From: Candidatus Bathyarchaeota archaeon | GTDB taxonomy: Archaea > Thermoproteota > Bathyarchaeia > Bathyarchaeales > Bathycorpusculaceae | Direction of reading: 5' to 3' | Assembly (NCBI GenBank): GCA_963707955.1 | Contig: OY970176.1 | Location: forward strand, 2,240,001 to 2,304,000 | DNA length: 64,000 nucleotides | Shown here: positions 48,701 through 57,563 of the stretch, in pieces | How the letters are laid out: each line of letters begins with the position of its first letter | How positions within the stretch are numbered: position 1 is the stretch's first letter | Position numbers and translations under genes: made by a program | The notes under the pieces: model-generated | Told to the model about the DNA's origin: nothing | The model's database searches: none | What the model saw: only the letters and a program-made list of their open reading frames with translations

Positions 48701-49136
48701 CGACACACCATACGTTATTGACGCCAATAACACGGATTTTTACCCTCTGATGGGAGGATTCTCAGACTTCAATGTTGTACAAGGCGTTGATGTTCAGGTT
48801 GTGAGCAACTCCACGGTTTCTGATTTTCAGTTCAACGGAACCGCTATACTCTTCAACGTTTCAGGTACGAATGGGACAACGGGCTTCTGCAACGTGTGCA
48901 TACCAACAGCCCTGTTAAACGGCACTCTCAGCGTGTTCGTTAATGGGACGCAGGTTCAATACAACCTCTTGCCCGTCTCAAACAGCAGTATCAGCTACCT
49001 GTACTTCACCTACGGCCACTCAGCAGAACAGGTCATAATAATGCCCGAGTTTCCTGAGCCTCTCATCCTAGCAATGTCCATGTTAGCGACACTGTTGACA
49101 ATTGCAATCTACAAGAAAAAACATAGCCGTTCTTAG
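45738..49136 (+). CDS. Secreted NosD/right-handed beta-helix repeat surface protein with PEF-CTERM-like anchor
   Basis: Signal peptide, PbH1 repeats (NNSVSGNNIT), GNYWSDY.G.D...DGIGDTPY, C-terminal PEFP + TM + basic tail. Confidence 0.92.
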   Translation: MSRKTVSAIMLFLLVISTLTLAFKIQSVKADDGTVYVNADGSISPISGNVVTNVTSFEAIRWQEKTFFAAGRYWLFYVDGGYPTESSLPSSTMYYTTSTDGVSWTPPTALASGLSENSGENVQAFLSNSGYLQVFYRINNELFYRMGSPNSDGSITWATPSWQLVFNANAAEGEASGTCDFFAIVDSNNYPWVSWGYVQEPIQLLNPSDTKMYVWKDAFNNGTWQTASGFPYNVGTGNYTNDLMIPLSNGQNYVMYFLDNPPLSGQIYGELWNGTAWGPQETCTTSQVNEQYVWGQESWDRTAVADSNDNIYLAFLSTTLNLVFVERTMSGGWTSETIVQGGCGIYSSPSFNLYDDNLRLFWINSSTSICYKKYVGGVWDTDPTLIVNETNSQIAVGTSVDGTDDGRLNAFTMSLDGSIGLLWVNNQTVTNTGQIMFGLQPQTALTFSNIGLSSTVANSTCTFSCCWTDTQGLGAFIFSTNNTGNWQNDSTVSLSGTVAWTNVTKTLNPIVGTVVGYEWFANDTNGNWASTGIQTLTTHAPAGYISTEPIYIQADGSIQPSTAPISSVDNVTYTLTNDITANVTASSSAIIIQRDNITIDGAGHTLQDSGASDSEGIDLTGRSNVTIKNMQITAFYYGIDLNSSSNNSVSGNNITSNSWAGIWLDSSSDNNSVSGNSFVNCGLLVFDSYGNVVTDNLVNGKPLVYLEDVSDYAVGDAGQVILVNCNNVTVENLNLYNTNTGVELWETNNTTISDNDITANTNDGISFYSSANNNVSGNNVTNDGAGVDFDSSSANNSVSGNNITNDGYGIMLFSSANNSVSGNNITNNGYGIMLFSSDNDNSVSGNNITNNSWAGIYLLSSANNSVSGNNITNNGYGMMLFSSANNGVSGNNITRNSWAGVYIDYSDNNSVSGNNITNNRVGIEIDSSSKNTVYHNNFINNTGQVYSSGSTSVWDVGYPICGNYWSDYNGTDLYSGQYQNVTGSDGIGDTPYVIDANNTDFYPLMGGFSDFNVVQGVDVQVVSNSTVSDFQFNGTAILFNVSGTNGTTGFCNVCIPTALLNGTLSVFVNGTQVQYNLLPVSNSSISYLYFTYGHSAEQVIIMPEFPEPLILAMSMLATLLTIAIYKKKHSRS
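47660..48500 (+). repeat. Coding tandem repeats (~66-69 bp units) of the beta-helix
   Basis: Recurrent gtgagcggaaacaacataac units in frame. Confidence 0.85.
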
Positions 49137-49325
49137 CGTCCGCTTTCTGTCTGTGACTGTCTGTCAGTTTGCGTGTGTTTTTTTTGTTTGTTTGTGTCAA
49201 GGTGTAGAAAGTAAGAGAGATAATTAATAGTAAGTAGAATAGTAGAAGGAAGAAGAAGAAAAAGGCTAACTTTAACCCAAGCCAACCAACAAGACTGAAC
49301 AAACAGAAAAGTATAGACCGCGCTA
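49134..49325 (-). repeat. Box + G-poor tract element, copy 7
   Basis: Degenerate box 49264-49278; tract runs toward and ends on the TAG stop of the NosD gene; CCGCGCTA at 49318-49325. Confidence 0.78.
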
Positions 49326-49326
49326 G

Positions 49327-49560
49327 TTATCTGTGCAATTTTATGACTAACTTGAAATGCTTTGATTCCTTTTGGTTGGTAAAGACCTTGCAAGCTTCCA
49401 AAATGGCCGCGCAGTGCTTGCATTGAAAAAAGGTCGATTCGCGCTTTGCGATGAGCCAAAAACCTTCAGCAGATTTGCACTCTGGACAAGCTGCTGGTGA
49501 TTTGCGGAAGTCTTCAATTTCCCCCAAGCTCAACCTTTCTCCCGAACTGTTTAGAATCAT
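49327..49560 (-). CDS. Small zinc-ribbon protein
   Basis: CPEC...CKHC pairs; start uncertain. Confidence 0.55.
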   Translation of the reverse strand: MILNSSGERLSLGEIEDFRKSPAACPECKSAEGFWLIAKRESTFFQCKHCAAILEACKVFTNQKESKHFKLVIKLHR

Positions 49561-50024
49561 GGTCCGATTTATCCCTTATGCGGTCCCGCCAATTCATGTC
49601 AGCGAGTCCCCCGTAAACGAGGGATCTGTCTTCATCTTGCATTGGGCGAATGCTTATTGCGCGTCTAGCCGTCACGTTCCTAATCAAACTTGAGCTTGCT
49701 TTAAAAGTTTGGTTGAGAAGACTGCGTCTCACCAGCATACTTCAGCACATAGTTTCGTGACGAGCCAGCGCGCTAATACATTAGTCCATGCCACCGCTAA
49801 GTATTAGTGCTTTTCAGTCTAGCAATTTCTTGAAAACTCTCATTGACTAGAGATTACTTCTATCACTCCTTTTATGCCAGTTTGACGCGTTTATCCCTTG
49901 GAAAAAAACGGTCATGCTAAGACGGACTTCGGGAGATATCTCCACTTTGTGTTTGGTGCAAACCTTCTGAGTGTGCCGTTTTACTAAAATACAAGAGTTA
50001 GCCCCTATTCTATTGGGACCCGCT

Positions 50025-50927
50025 ATGCCCATAAACGAGCTTGACCTTCTTTTAACTTACAAATGCAACCTAGAATGCGATCATTGCTTTGTCTTCGGGA
50101 GCCCAGATGCAAGAGGTGTGATGAAAATTGCTGACATACGAAAAATATTGAAAGAAGCAAGGAAGATCAAGAGCATTGACTGGATATATATTGAAGGTGG
50201 CGAACCTGTTCTTTACTATCAGATTCTCTTGTGGGGGTTGCGTGAAGCAAAAAAGCAGGGGTTCAAGACAGGGTTTATTACGAATGCTTATTGGGCGACG
50301 TCGATTGAAGATGCAAAAGAATGGCTGAAACCTATTTCAGAAATAGGCATATCTAACGTGATAATAAGCGATGACCTCTTCCACTACGGCAAGGAGGAAG
50401 AAAACCTTTCGAAATATGCTTTTCAGGCAGCCAAGGAGTTGCGAGTTGCTGTAAGCAACATCAGTATAGAGCAACCCAAAGAATACATGACTAGGAAAGA
50501 ATGGAAGGGGAGACCTGTCACAGAAGGAGCTGTGCTATTCAAAGGGAGACCTGCTGAAAAACTCGTTGAAGGCTTGCCGAGGAGGCCATGGGAGAAATTT
50601 GACAAGTGCTTAGACGAGGATTTCTCCAATCAGAAGCGGGTACACATCGACCCCTTCGGGTACGTTCACCTGTGTCAAGGCATAACCATGGGAAACATGA
50701 ATAAGACCCCACTGCACCGATTGTTTGAACAGTTCGACCCATACCAGCACCCTATATGCAAACCAATTCTAAAAGGAGGCCCAGCTGAACTTGTCAGAAC
50801 ATATCATGTTAATCACGAAGAAGCCTATGTGGACGAATGCCACCTCTGCTACTTGACCCGGCTGAAACTGCGAAAGATGTTCCCAGAGATTCTTGCACCC
50901 AACCAGATGTATGGAATCTTCACCTGA
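50025..50927 (+). CDS. Radical SAM protein
   Basis: CNLECDHC, GGEP, TNAYWA, C-terminal C..C.LC. Confidence 0.92.
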   Translation: MPINELDLLLTYKCNLECDHCFVFGSPDARGVMKIADIRKILKEARKIKSIDWIYIEGGEPVLYYQILLWGLREAKKQGFKTGFITNAYWATSIEDAKEWLKPISEIGISNVIISDDLFHYGKEEENLSKYAFQAAKELRVAVSNISIEQPKEYMTRKEWKGRPVTEGAVLFKGRPAEKLVEGLPRRPWEKFDKCLDEDFSNQKRVHIDPFGYVHLCQGITMGNMNKTPLHRLFEQFDPYQHPICKPILKGGPAELVRTYHVNHEEAYVDECHLCYLTRLKLRKMFPEILAPNQMYGIFT

Positions 50928-51246
50928 AACGCACACGCATCTGCATTTCCACGAAGTTAGGGCATGTGACAGACTTGACCCCCTCTTCCAAGCGCATTTC
51001 GCACGCGCGACTTAGACCCGAATGGGTTTGAGTCCACTGCTTTAAAAATCCTGTAACCAGCATTCTCTTTGTTCAGGCCAACTGGTTCAGAGCTACTCGA
51101 CCCCATACCCAAAAGGGTTCAGGTCCTAGCATGCGCGGCGCAGTGCCCAAACCAAGAACGCAGCACGTGCTATATGTCGGTTGGCTATTTGTTTCGTTCG
51201 AGAAGTCTTATAAGGACAGATATTGGATATTCAAAAGCCAAGGAGC

Positions 51247-52029
51247 ATGATAGATTTGAAGAAGGCATTTGTAGCGGCATTGACAGTTGTGATGGTGTGC
51301 ATGTTTCAAATAATGATTCTTCCAGCCATGGCGCAATACGCATGCGGTCTTCAAAGTGGAAAATACGCCAAGTATGACTGGTCAATAACATACTCAGCGA
51401 TGGGGCAAAGCTACAGCATGAGCGGAACCTTGGACGTCAACATTCAATCTGTATCTGGATCTAGTTATTCGGGCACGTTTGAGGAGGCCGTAACTGGAGG
51501 AAGTGTGCCAACAGGCATATTAACTATCCCTGAAAGCAATCAGACCTTTTCAGGGGATGTCGGATCAGGTTCTGGAATCACTGGTTTCATCGATCCTCTT
51601 GCAATACCGGCTAACATGACAGCAGGAAGCAGCATTCCAGGTGTTGGCAGTGTGCAGCAAATCGGAAGTTGGGGCGGCAGAAGCGCAGTCGTACTGTATT
51701 CAAGCGGGCTCAGCCTTGGTCAGGGGAACTGGTATTATGATGAAACCACAGGGATATTCCTGTCTGCAACGACCACATTTGGTTATGGAGGTGTCTATTC
51801 GCTTAATTACAAGTTGGAGATGGTCGGAACTGATCTTTGGAGCGGTGGATTTGGCGGTGGTGGTCTTCTTGGACTTGACCCATGGATATGGGCCGTAATT
51901 ATCGTAATCATAGTGGCTGCTGTTGCTGCTGTTGCTGCTGTGGCAGTAAGGATGCGTAGGAAGAAGCTGCCTACTGCTCCCACTCCAACTCCACTTCAAC
52001 CGCCTCCTCCTCCGACGCCGCCAGCATGA
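51247..52029 (+). CDS. Secreted/membrane-anchored hypothetical protein with Pro-rich tail
   Basis: N-terminal signal, YYD.TTG motif, C-terminal TM, RRKK, poly-Pro. Confidence 0.8.
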   Translation: MIDLKKAFVAALTVVMVCMFQIMILPAMAQYACGLQSGKYAKYDWSITYSAMGQSYSMSGTLDVNIQSVSGSSYSGTFEEAVTGGSVPTGILTIPESNQTFSGDVGSGSGITGFIDPLAIPANMTAGSSIPGVGSVQQIGSWGGRSAVVLYSSGLSLGQGNWYYDETTGIFLSATTTFGYGGVYSLNYKLEMVGTDLWSGGFGGGGLLGLDPWIWAVIIVIIVAAVAAVAAVAVRMRRKKLPTAPTPTPLQPPPPPTPPA

Positions 52030-52479
52030 TCTGACGGAACTACAAGGCATTACAAATTCCCGCACGCGCTTTTCTAATTAGAAATAGAAGCGGCTATTAG
52101 GCTAGGCAAATCCATTCGTTCAATCTTGAAGTCTCGCGCCATCCATTGGACATTTGAGCGGATAATTCTCTTTGCTCAACATTCGTTGGCTGTCGTAACA
52201 TCAAGAAAGACGGAAATGGGGTACTTGCAAGAATTGAAAGAGAATCCTACTCCTTCTAAAAGTCTATAGACTGAAGTTCTGATTGAGTTACAGCATGCTC
52301 TGCTTAAAGGGACGCCCTCGCAACAAAGATTTCTCAAACTCTTGTTAAGATGTCAAAGAACTTGTTGAGCGCGCGCTTTCCAGCAAGATTCACTACAACC
52401 AGCTCAAAACTATTCCACAAGCTTCGGAAACACTTTTTTGTGTAGGCTGACAAGACTGAAGCAGGGTGTAGAGTCGAAC

Positions 52480-53505
52480 ATGCATCATCCAAGGATAAAG
52501 GGTTCATACTGCGAAATGGGATGCAGGTATGGAGCCATACTGCATAGGCATGGCTTCAAAGTTTCAGCACAACCAAAGGAAAAACTTGACTTTGCCCTTG
52601 AATCTGAGTCCGAAGTAAAAAGAATCTTTCCAGAAATATTGGACGAAATACGAGGCTTCGCAGAAGGCTGCCATGCTTCATACCAAGACATGGCATCTTT
52701 CATGATGACAATTGGAGCATTCAAGCCTCAACCAATGTGTAGCAGCTTCGCCGCGTTCAACGGCTCCGATGTGATATTCGGGAGAAACTATGACTTCTTT
52801 TACAGCTTCAAGAAGTACACGGAAAGCTATCTGACTGCGCCGCAGGACGCATTTATCAGTCTGGGGCATTCTGATGTCTTCATAGGAAGAGAAGACGGAA
52901 TCAACGAAAATGGCTTGGCCATCGCAATGACGGGCGTGTGTGAGAAAAAGGTCAAACCTGGAATCAGCTTCGTACTGGCAGTGAGGCTCGTACTCGACAA
53001 GTGCGCAAATGTCAAAGAAGCCGCAAAAAGCCTTTTGAACATGCATGCGTCGGCTGACGCCAACTTTCTGTTAGCTGACAAAGCAGGCGACATGGCCGTT
53101 GCCGAAGTCTCGCCGGACAAGGTTATGATCCGCAAACCAAAGAATGACGAGAACTTCATCGTTTGCACAAACCATTTCGTTCTTCCTGAAATGCAGCAGT
53201 ACGAGGACTTGGAGCGCCGAAGCAGAGAAAATTGGGACACGATACCACGTTACGATGCAATATCTGAAGGCGTACGCAGGGCAGGAAGCAAGATGAATTT
53301 TGAGAAAGCGCAAAGGATAATGTCAGACCACACTGGCTGGGTATGTTCTCATCAGGACAACAAAAAGCTAGGAACGTTATGGTCGATAACAGCTGGCCTC
53401 AAGAATCTTGAAGTGTTCCGAGCTGAAGGAAATCCTTGCCGAACGAAATACAGAGAAGACCCGAGACTCAAAAGAGAAGCTCAGAAACAGAAACGCAAGA
53501 GCTAG
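52480..53505 (+). CDS. C45-family peptidase / acyl-CoA:6-APA acyltransferase-like Ntn hydrolase
   Basis: EI.G.A.G, CSSF, GRNYD, DGINE.GL, CTNHF. Confidence 0.9.
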   Translation: MHHPRIKGSYCEMGCRYGAILHRHGFKVSAQPKEKLDFALESESEVKRIFPEILDEIRGFAEGCHASYQDMASFMMTIGAFKPQPMCSSFAAFNGSDVIFGRNYDFFYSFKKYTESYLTAPQDAFISLGHSDVFIGREDGINENGLAIAMTGVCEKKVKPGISFVLAVRLVLDKCANVKEAAKSLLNMHASADANFLLADKAGDMAVAEVSPDKVMIRKPKNDENFIVCTNHFVLPEMQQYEDLERRSRENWDTIPRYDAISEGVRRAGSKMNFEKAQRIMSDHTGWVCSHQDNKKLGTLWSITAGLKNLEVFRAEGNPCRTKYREDPRLKREAQKQKRKS

Positions 53506-53514
53506 CGTACGCGG

Positions 53515-53583
53515 ACAACTGATGAGTACTGTAAGTTGGTGGAGGCAGGATTCAGCTACGTGTGTGACGTTGGTGATAGTTAG
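53515..53583 (+). pseudogene. Probable C-terminal stub of an archaeal tyrosine integrase
   Basis: TTDEYCKLVEAGFSYVCDVGD resembles the 'T.EEA.KL.EAGF.YVC' tail of Bathyarchaeia-type integrases (recalled pattern). Confidence 0.6.
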
Positions 53584-53723
53584 TTGGGGTAAAGTTTTAT
53601 CTTTCTCTCTCTCAATTTCTTACGCACACGACGACGCTCTAATTCTAACGCGCTAACTCTCCCCTACTCACTCACTCTCTCTACACACACGCACACACAC
53701 AGAGACAGACAAAGCACGCGCTA
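53581..53723 (+). repeat. Box + G-poor tract element, copy 8
   Basis: GGGTAAAGTTTTATCT 53587-53602; CT then CA tract; ends GCACGCGCTA on the stop of the second NosD gene. Confidence 0.85.
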
Positions 53724-55487
53724 GGAACGGTTATGCTTTTTCTTGTGGATTGCTATTGCTGACAGTGTCGCTAACATGGACATTGCTAATATGAGAAAAT
53801 CAGGAAACTCGGGCATTATTGTAATCTGTTCTGCTGAGTGGCCGTAGGTGAAGTACAGGCAGGTGTTACTGCTGTTTGAGACGGGCAAGAGGCTGTATTG
53901 AACCTGCGTCCCATTAACGAACACGCTGAGAGTGCCGTTTAACATCGCTGTTGGTATGCACACGTTGCAGAAGCCCGTCGTACCGTTCACGCCTGAAACG
54001 TTGAAGAGTATAGCGGTTCCGTTGAACTGAAAATCAGAAACCGTGGAGTTGCTCACAACCTGAACATCAACGCCTTGTACAACATTGAAGTCTGAGAATC
54101 CTCCCATCAGAGGGTAAAAATCCGTGTTATTGGCGTCAATAACGTATGGTGTGTCGCCTATGCCGTCGCTTCCAGTCACATTCTGATATTGCCCGCTGTA
54201 CAGGTCCGTACGGTTGTAGTCGCTCCAATAGTTGCCGCCTGAAGGATAGTCGTTGTCCCAAGTGTTGCCGATGGATGTGCTGTCGACTAAAGTCTGGGCA
54301 CCGTTCCCAATGAAATTGTTATGGTATATCGTGTTGTTTGAGGAAGAATTGTCGAGCCAAATGCCACTACCATAACTATTTGCTGTGACGTTGTTGCCAG
54401 ATAGAACATTGCCAGAAGAATTGTCGAGCCAAATGCCAGCATAGTAGTTTGCTGTGACGTTGTTGCCAGACAGAATATCGCCAGGAGAAGAGTAGAGATA
54501 AATGCCATACCAGCCGTTAGCTGTGAGGTTGTTGCCGATGATTTTTGAATCAGTCGTGTTTGCCAGCGTGAGTCCCCCATAATTTCTCGTGAGAGCCAAG
54601 CCTTGCACTGTCACGTTCTTGCAGTTGACGAGGCACACGTACCCAACGCCCTCGGGATAAGTCTGGGGGCTTATCACGATGTTCGACTTGTTCATCAGGT
54701 AGTACACGGGCTTACCCTCCACGAGGTTTGAAGTGTCAACATGATTCACAAAATCGCTCAAAACACTGCCAGAGGCGCTGCCAGAGACGCCAAAGTTGTA
54801 GGTGTTATCTGCTATCACGTTGTCAGACAGAACATTGCCAGAAGAAGCGCGGAGATAAATGCCATAGATGTTTGCTGTGGCGGTGTTGCCTGACACGGTA
54901 TTGTTATCAGAAGAAGAAAAGAGCTCAATACCATCAAAGACGTTTGCTGTACTGTTGTTGCCTGACACGGTATTGTTATCAGAAGAAGAGCCGAGGTTAA
55001 TTCCAAAGCCGTTTGCTCTGACGTTGTTTCCGCTTATGCTGCTGCTGTTAGAATATTCGAGATCGATGCCACCCCCGCTGTTTGCTGTGACGTTGTTGCC
55101 GCTAACAGTGTTGTTTGAAGAAGAGTAGAGATAGATCCCTTCTTGGAAGTTTTCGATGTTGGCGTTTTCGATCGTCACGTTGCTTATGTCCGTCAGGCTT
55201 AGACCATATCCGCTTAGGTTTCCTTGTACAGTGTAGCCGTTTCCGTCGATTACGGTGTTGTTTCTTTCGACGACGATTCCGTTGTAAGCTGGGTAGCTGA
55301 CGTTGCCAGTTAGCGTGTACGTGACGTTGTTAACGCTTGAAATAGGTGCGGAAGACGGAGAAACGCTTCCGTCACTGTTAATATAAACGGTTTCATTTGG
55401 TGCATGGACAAGCCCAATGTTAAACGCCAAGGCGAACGTGCCTGCAAGAAGCAACGACAAAATCATCAAAGAAACAATTCTCCTCAT
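53721..55487 (-). CDS. Secreted NosD/beta-helix repeat surface protein with PEF-CTERM-like anchor (paralogue of 45738)
   Basis: Signal peptide, PbH1 repeats, YPSGGNYWSDY, C-terminus nearly identical to the 45738 gene. Confidence 0.92.
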   Translation of the reverse strand: MRRIVSLMILSLLLAGTFALAFNIGLVHAPNETVYINSDGSVSPSSAPISSVNNVTYTLTGNVSYPAYNGIVVERNNTVIDGNGYTVQGNLSGYGLSLTDISNVTIENANIENFQEGIYLYSSSNNTVSGNNVTANSGGGIDLEYSNSSSISGNNVRANGFGINLGSSSDNNTVSGNNSTANVFDGIELFSSSDNNTVSGNTATANIYGIYLRASSGNVLSDNVIADNTYNFGVSGSASGSVLSDFVNHVDTSNLVEGKPVYYLMNKSNIVISPQTYPEGVGYVCLVNCKNVTVQGLALTRNYGGLTLANTTDSKIIGNNLTANGWYGIYLYSSPGDILSGNNVTANYYAGIWLDNSSGNVLSGNNVTANSYGSGIWLDNSSSNNTIYHNNFIGNGAQTLVDSTSIGNTWDNDYPSGGNYWSDYNRTDLYSGQYQNVTGSDGIGDTPYVIDANNTDFYPLMGGFSDFNVVQGVDVQVVSNSTVSDFQFNGTAILFNVSGVNGTTGFCNVCIPTAMLNGTLSVFVNGTQVQYSLLPVSNSSNTCLYFTYGHSAEQITIMPEFPDFLILAMSMLATLSAIAIHKKKHNRS

Positions 55488-55577
55488 TCTACTCTCCCTG
55501 CCCACTACAAACATAGCCCTAATTAACTTTTAAGTTTATCTAAGCAACAACCAGAAGATTCCTAGACGGCTCGCTCA

Positions 55578-55707
55578 TTAGGCTAGGCTCGCTATTCTTG
55601 GAATCCATGTTTCTCGTTCATTCCTCAGAAACTTCGCAAGCAAATAAGCTTCTTCATTAATCAACGTGTCAAGGGTCTATTTACTGCCATGTCTGATTCT
55701 TGGAATC
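55578..55707 (-). pseudogene. cas1: cas1 3'-end fragment, copy 3
   Basis: Reverse complement reads IPRIRHGSK*TLDTLINEEAYLLAKFLRNERETWIPRIASLA-stop, matching 19231-19360. Confidence 0.92.
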
Positions 55708-55818
55708 GCGCGGTTTACCCAGGATCTTTCGGAGCCGCTTATCTAACAGTCTCTTTTTGGCAGTATTTGTCCACTCGGCAACACTGGTTGGAGATCCCAG
55801 CGGGCGCTAAATAGCGCG

Positions 55819-56811
55819 TTAATTCGATGCTTCTTTAGCGCGCGTTTTCAAAGTTTCTGAGGCCTTTTCTGCCCATTTCGGGTCCTTCCAGAGCGCTCTG
55901 CCCACGGCCACCAGGTCAACTTTGCCGTCTCGAACTAGTCTGTCAGCATGCTCGGCCTCGGTGATTCCTCCTACGCCTATGACTGGAGCATTGACGGCCT
56001 TCTTTATCTCGTAGGCCTGAGGAATGAAGTAGCCCTTGACGTTTCGAAGCTGCTTGGGCTCGCTTCCACAAAGGCCGCCTGACACGTCGATGATGTCGAC
56101 GCCATTTTGCTCAAGCTTCAAGGCAAAGGCAGCCGAATCCTCAACCTGCGTTCCTTTCGGGGCAAGGTCGTCCGCGCCTAAACGGTAGAGTAGAAGTTTG
56201 CCTCTAACTCTTTCTCGAACCGCGTTAACTACCATGAGGGGAAAACGTGTCCTGTTCTCCAAGGAACCCCCGTACTCATCTCGACGCTTGTTGAACAGGG
56301 GTGAGAAGAACTGGTTGAGCAGGAAACCGTGCGCCCCATGAAGCTCCACACCGTCAAAACCGGCTTTAACCGCGCGATCGGCAGCCATGGCGAACTCTTC
56401 TACCAAAGCCTCAATCTCATTTCTTGTCAGTTCGCGGCTCTTCTCCGTTGCAGAGGGGCTCGTAGGCTCTGCGCCGATGATTTTCTCGTTCGCGATGCCC
56501 CCCGCATGGGTAATCTGTACAACGACAGGAGTGTCGACCGCGTGTATGGCGCCCGTAAGCCTCTCTAACCCGTCGATCAACTCGTCATCGTACATGCCTA
56601 GCTGCTTTGAACTCAACTTTCCACTTGCAGAAACGAAAGAGTGCTCCACAATGAGCAGGCCTAGCGCCGCTGAACGCCTAACATAGAACTTGATGAGCCT
56701 GCCAGTGACGGCGCCTTTAACCGTGGCTCGACCTGTTTGCATAGGAGGCATAACTATCCGGTTCCTGAAGATCAGATCCTTCACTTCTAGAGGATCAAGA
56801 AGCCCCACCAA
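55819..56811 (-). CDS. NADH:flavin oxidoreductase (Old Yellow Enzyme family)
   Basis: NRIVMPPM, Q..HAG, AGFDGVELHGAHGFLL.QF.SP..N.R.DEYGGSLENR. Confidence 0.94.
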   Translation of the reverse strand: MVGLLDPLEVKDLIFRNRIVMPPMQTGRATVKGAVTGRLIKFYVRRSAALGLLIVEHSFVSASGKLSSKQLGMYDDELIDGLERLTGAIHAVDTPVVVQITHAGGIANEKIIGAEPTSPSATEKSRELTRNEIEALVEEFAMAADRAVKAGFDGVELHGAHGFLLNQFFSPLFNKRRDEYGGSLENRTRFPLMVVNAVRERVRGKLLLYRLGADDLAPKGTQVEDSAAFALKLEQNGVDIIDVSGGLCGSEPKQLRNVKGYFIPQAYEIKKAVNAPVIGVGGITEAEHADRLVRDGKVDLVAVGRALWKDPKWAEKASETLKTRAKEASN

Positions 56812-57111
56812 CTCCCAACACCAAGAAGACTACAGACTAGTTCACGTCTATAAGAACATAGCACAAGTGCGGTAAGAACAAGGCCACAAAAAGATGTTGC
56901 CTCTCTGCCCTTCCTCAGCGCGCGCCGCACGCTATTCATTGCCTTACATAAGGAAGCTCTGCATATATGCATATCTTTGGTAAGAAACATAAATGCTAAT
57001 GTACTAAACAAAATTGTGGTTGAAATCACACAGAGGACATCAAAATCGAAGAAGTTTTATAACATAGCAACTGAAAGTTAAATGTGCCTCGTACGTAAGG
57101 AGGTGAAAAAA

Positions 57112-57432
57112 ATGGAACGTAGAGCCAACCCATGGGAAATATTCAACGAGGAAAGGCCTGAGGTTGTGAAAGCTTTCCAAGAAATGATGAAGCGCGTTAA
57201 CAAAAACAATGTCCTTGACAAAAAGACGATGGCACTAATCTATGTTGGCATCTGCTCTACGATACGAGAAGCAGGCGCGCTGCGTCATTTCGTCGGTGAG
57301 GCATTAACAGCTGGAGCAACGAAGGAAGAAGTAGAAGCAGCGGCCTTACTTGCTTTCACTACAGGGGTTTCCTCCGCAGAACTAAGCCTACCTATAATCC
57401 TCGATCTCGCCAGGAAAACTAAACAAAAATAG
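57112..57432 (+). CDS. Carboxymuconolactone decarboxylase/AhpD-family protein
   Basis: LD.KT..LI.VG, H...AL.AGATKEE. Confidence 0.85.
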   Translation: MERRANPWEIFNEERPEVVKAFQEMMKRVNKNNVLDKKTMALIYVGICSTIREAGALRHFVGEALTAGATKEEVEAAALLAFTTGVSSAELSLPIILDLARKTKQK

Positions 57433-57563
57433 CGCTACATCGCGTTGAGAGGTCGCAATTGTGTCATAATGGCTGCCAATTCTGCCTCTAAGAAGAGCGA
57501 GCGCTATTGTGCAGCGCGCGCTATCGTAACATGTAAATCTGTCTCCTCACAGCAAATCCTTAA

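Noticed and set aside
41025-52225. 13-bp match GAAATGGGGTACT in two intergenic regions
   Set aside because: Only two copies and no extension; could be chance.
48655-54202. Diversity-generating retroelement TR/VR pair in the NosD paralogues
   Set aside because: No reverse transcriptase in the window, both copies are coding, and the mismatches inspected are not adenine-specific.
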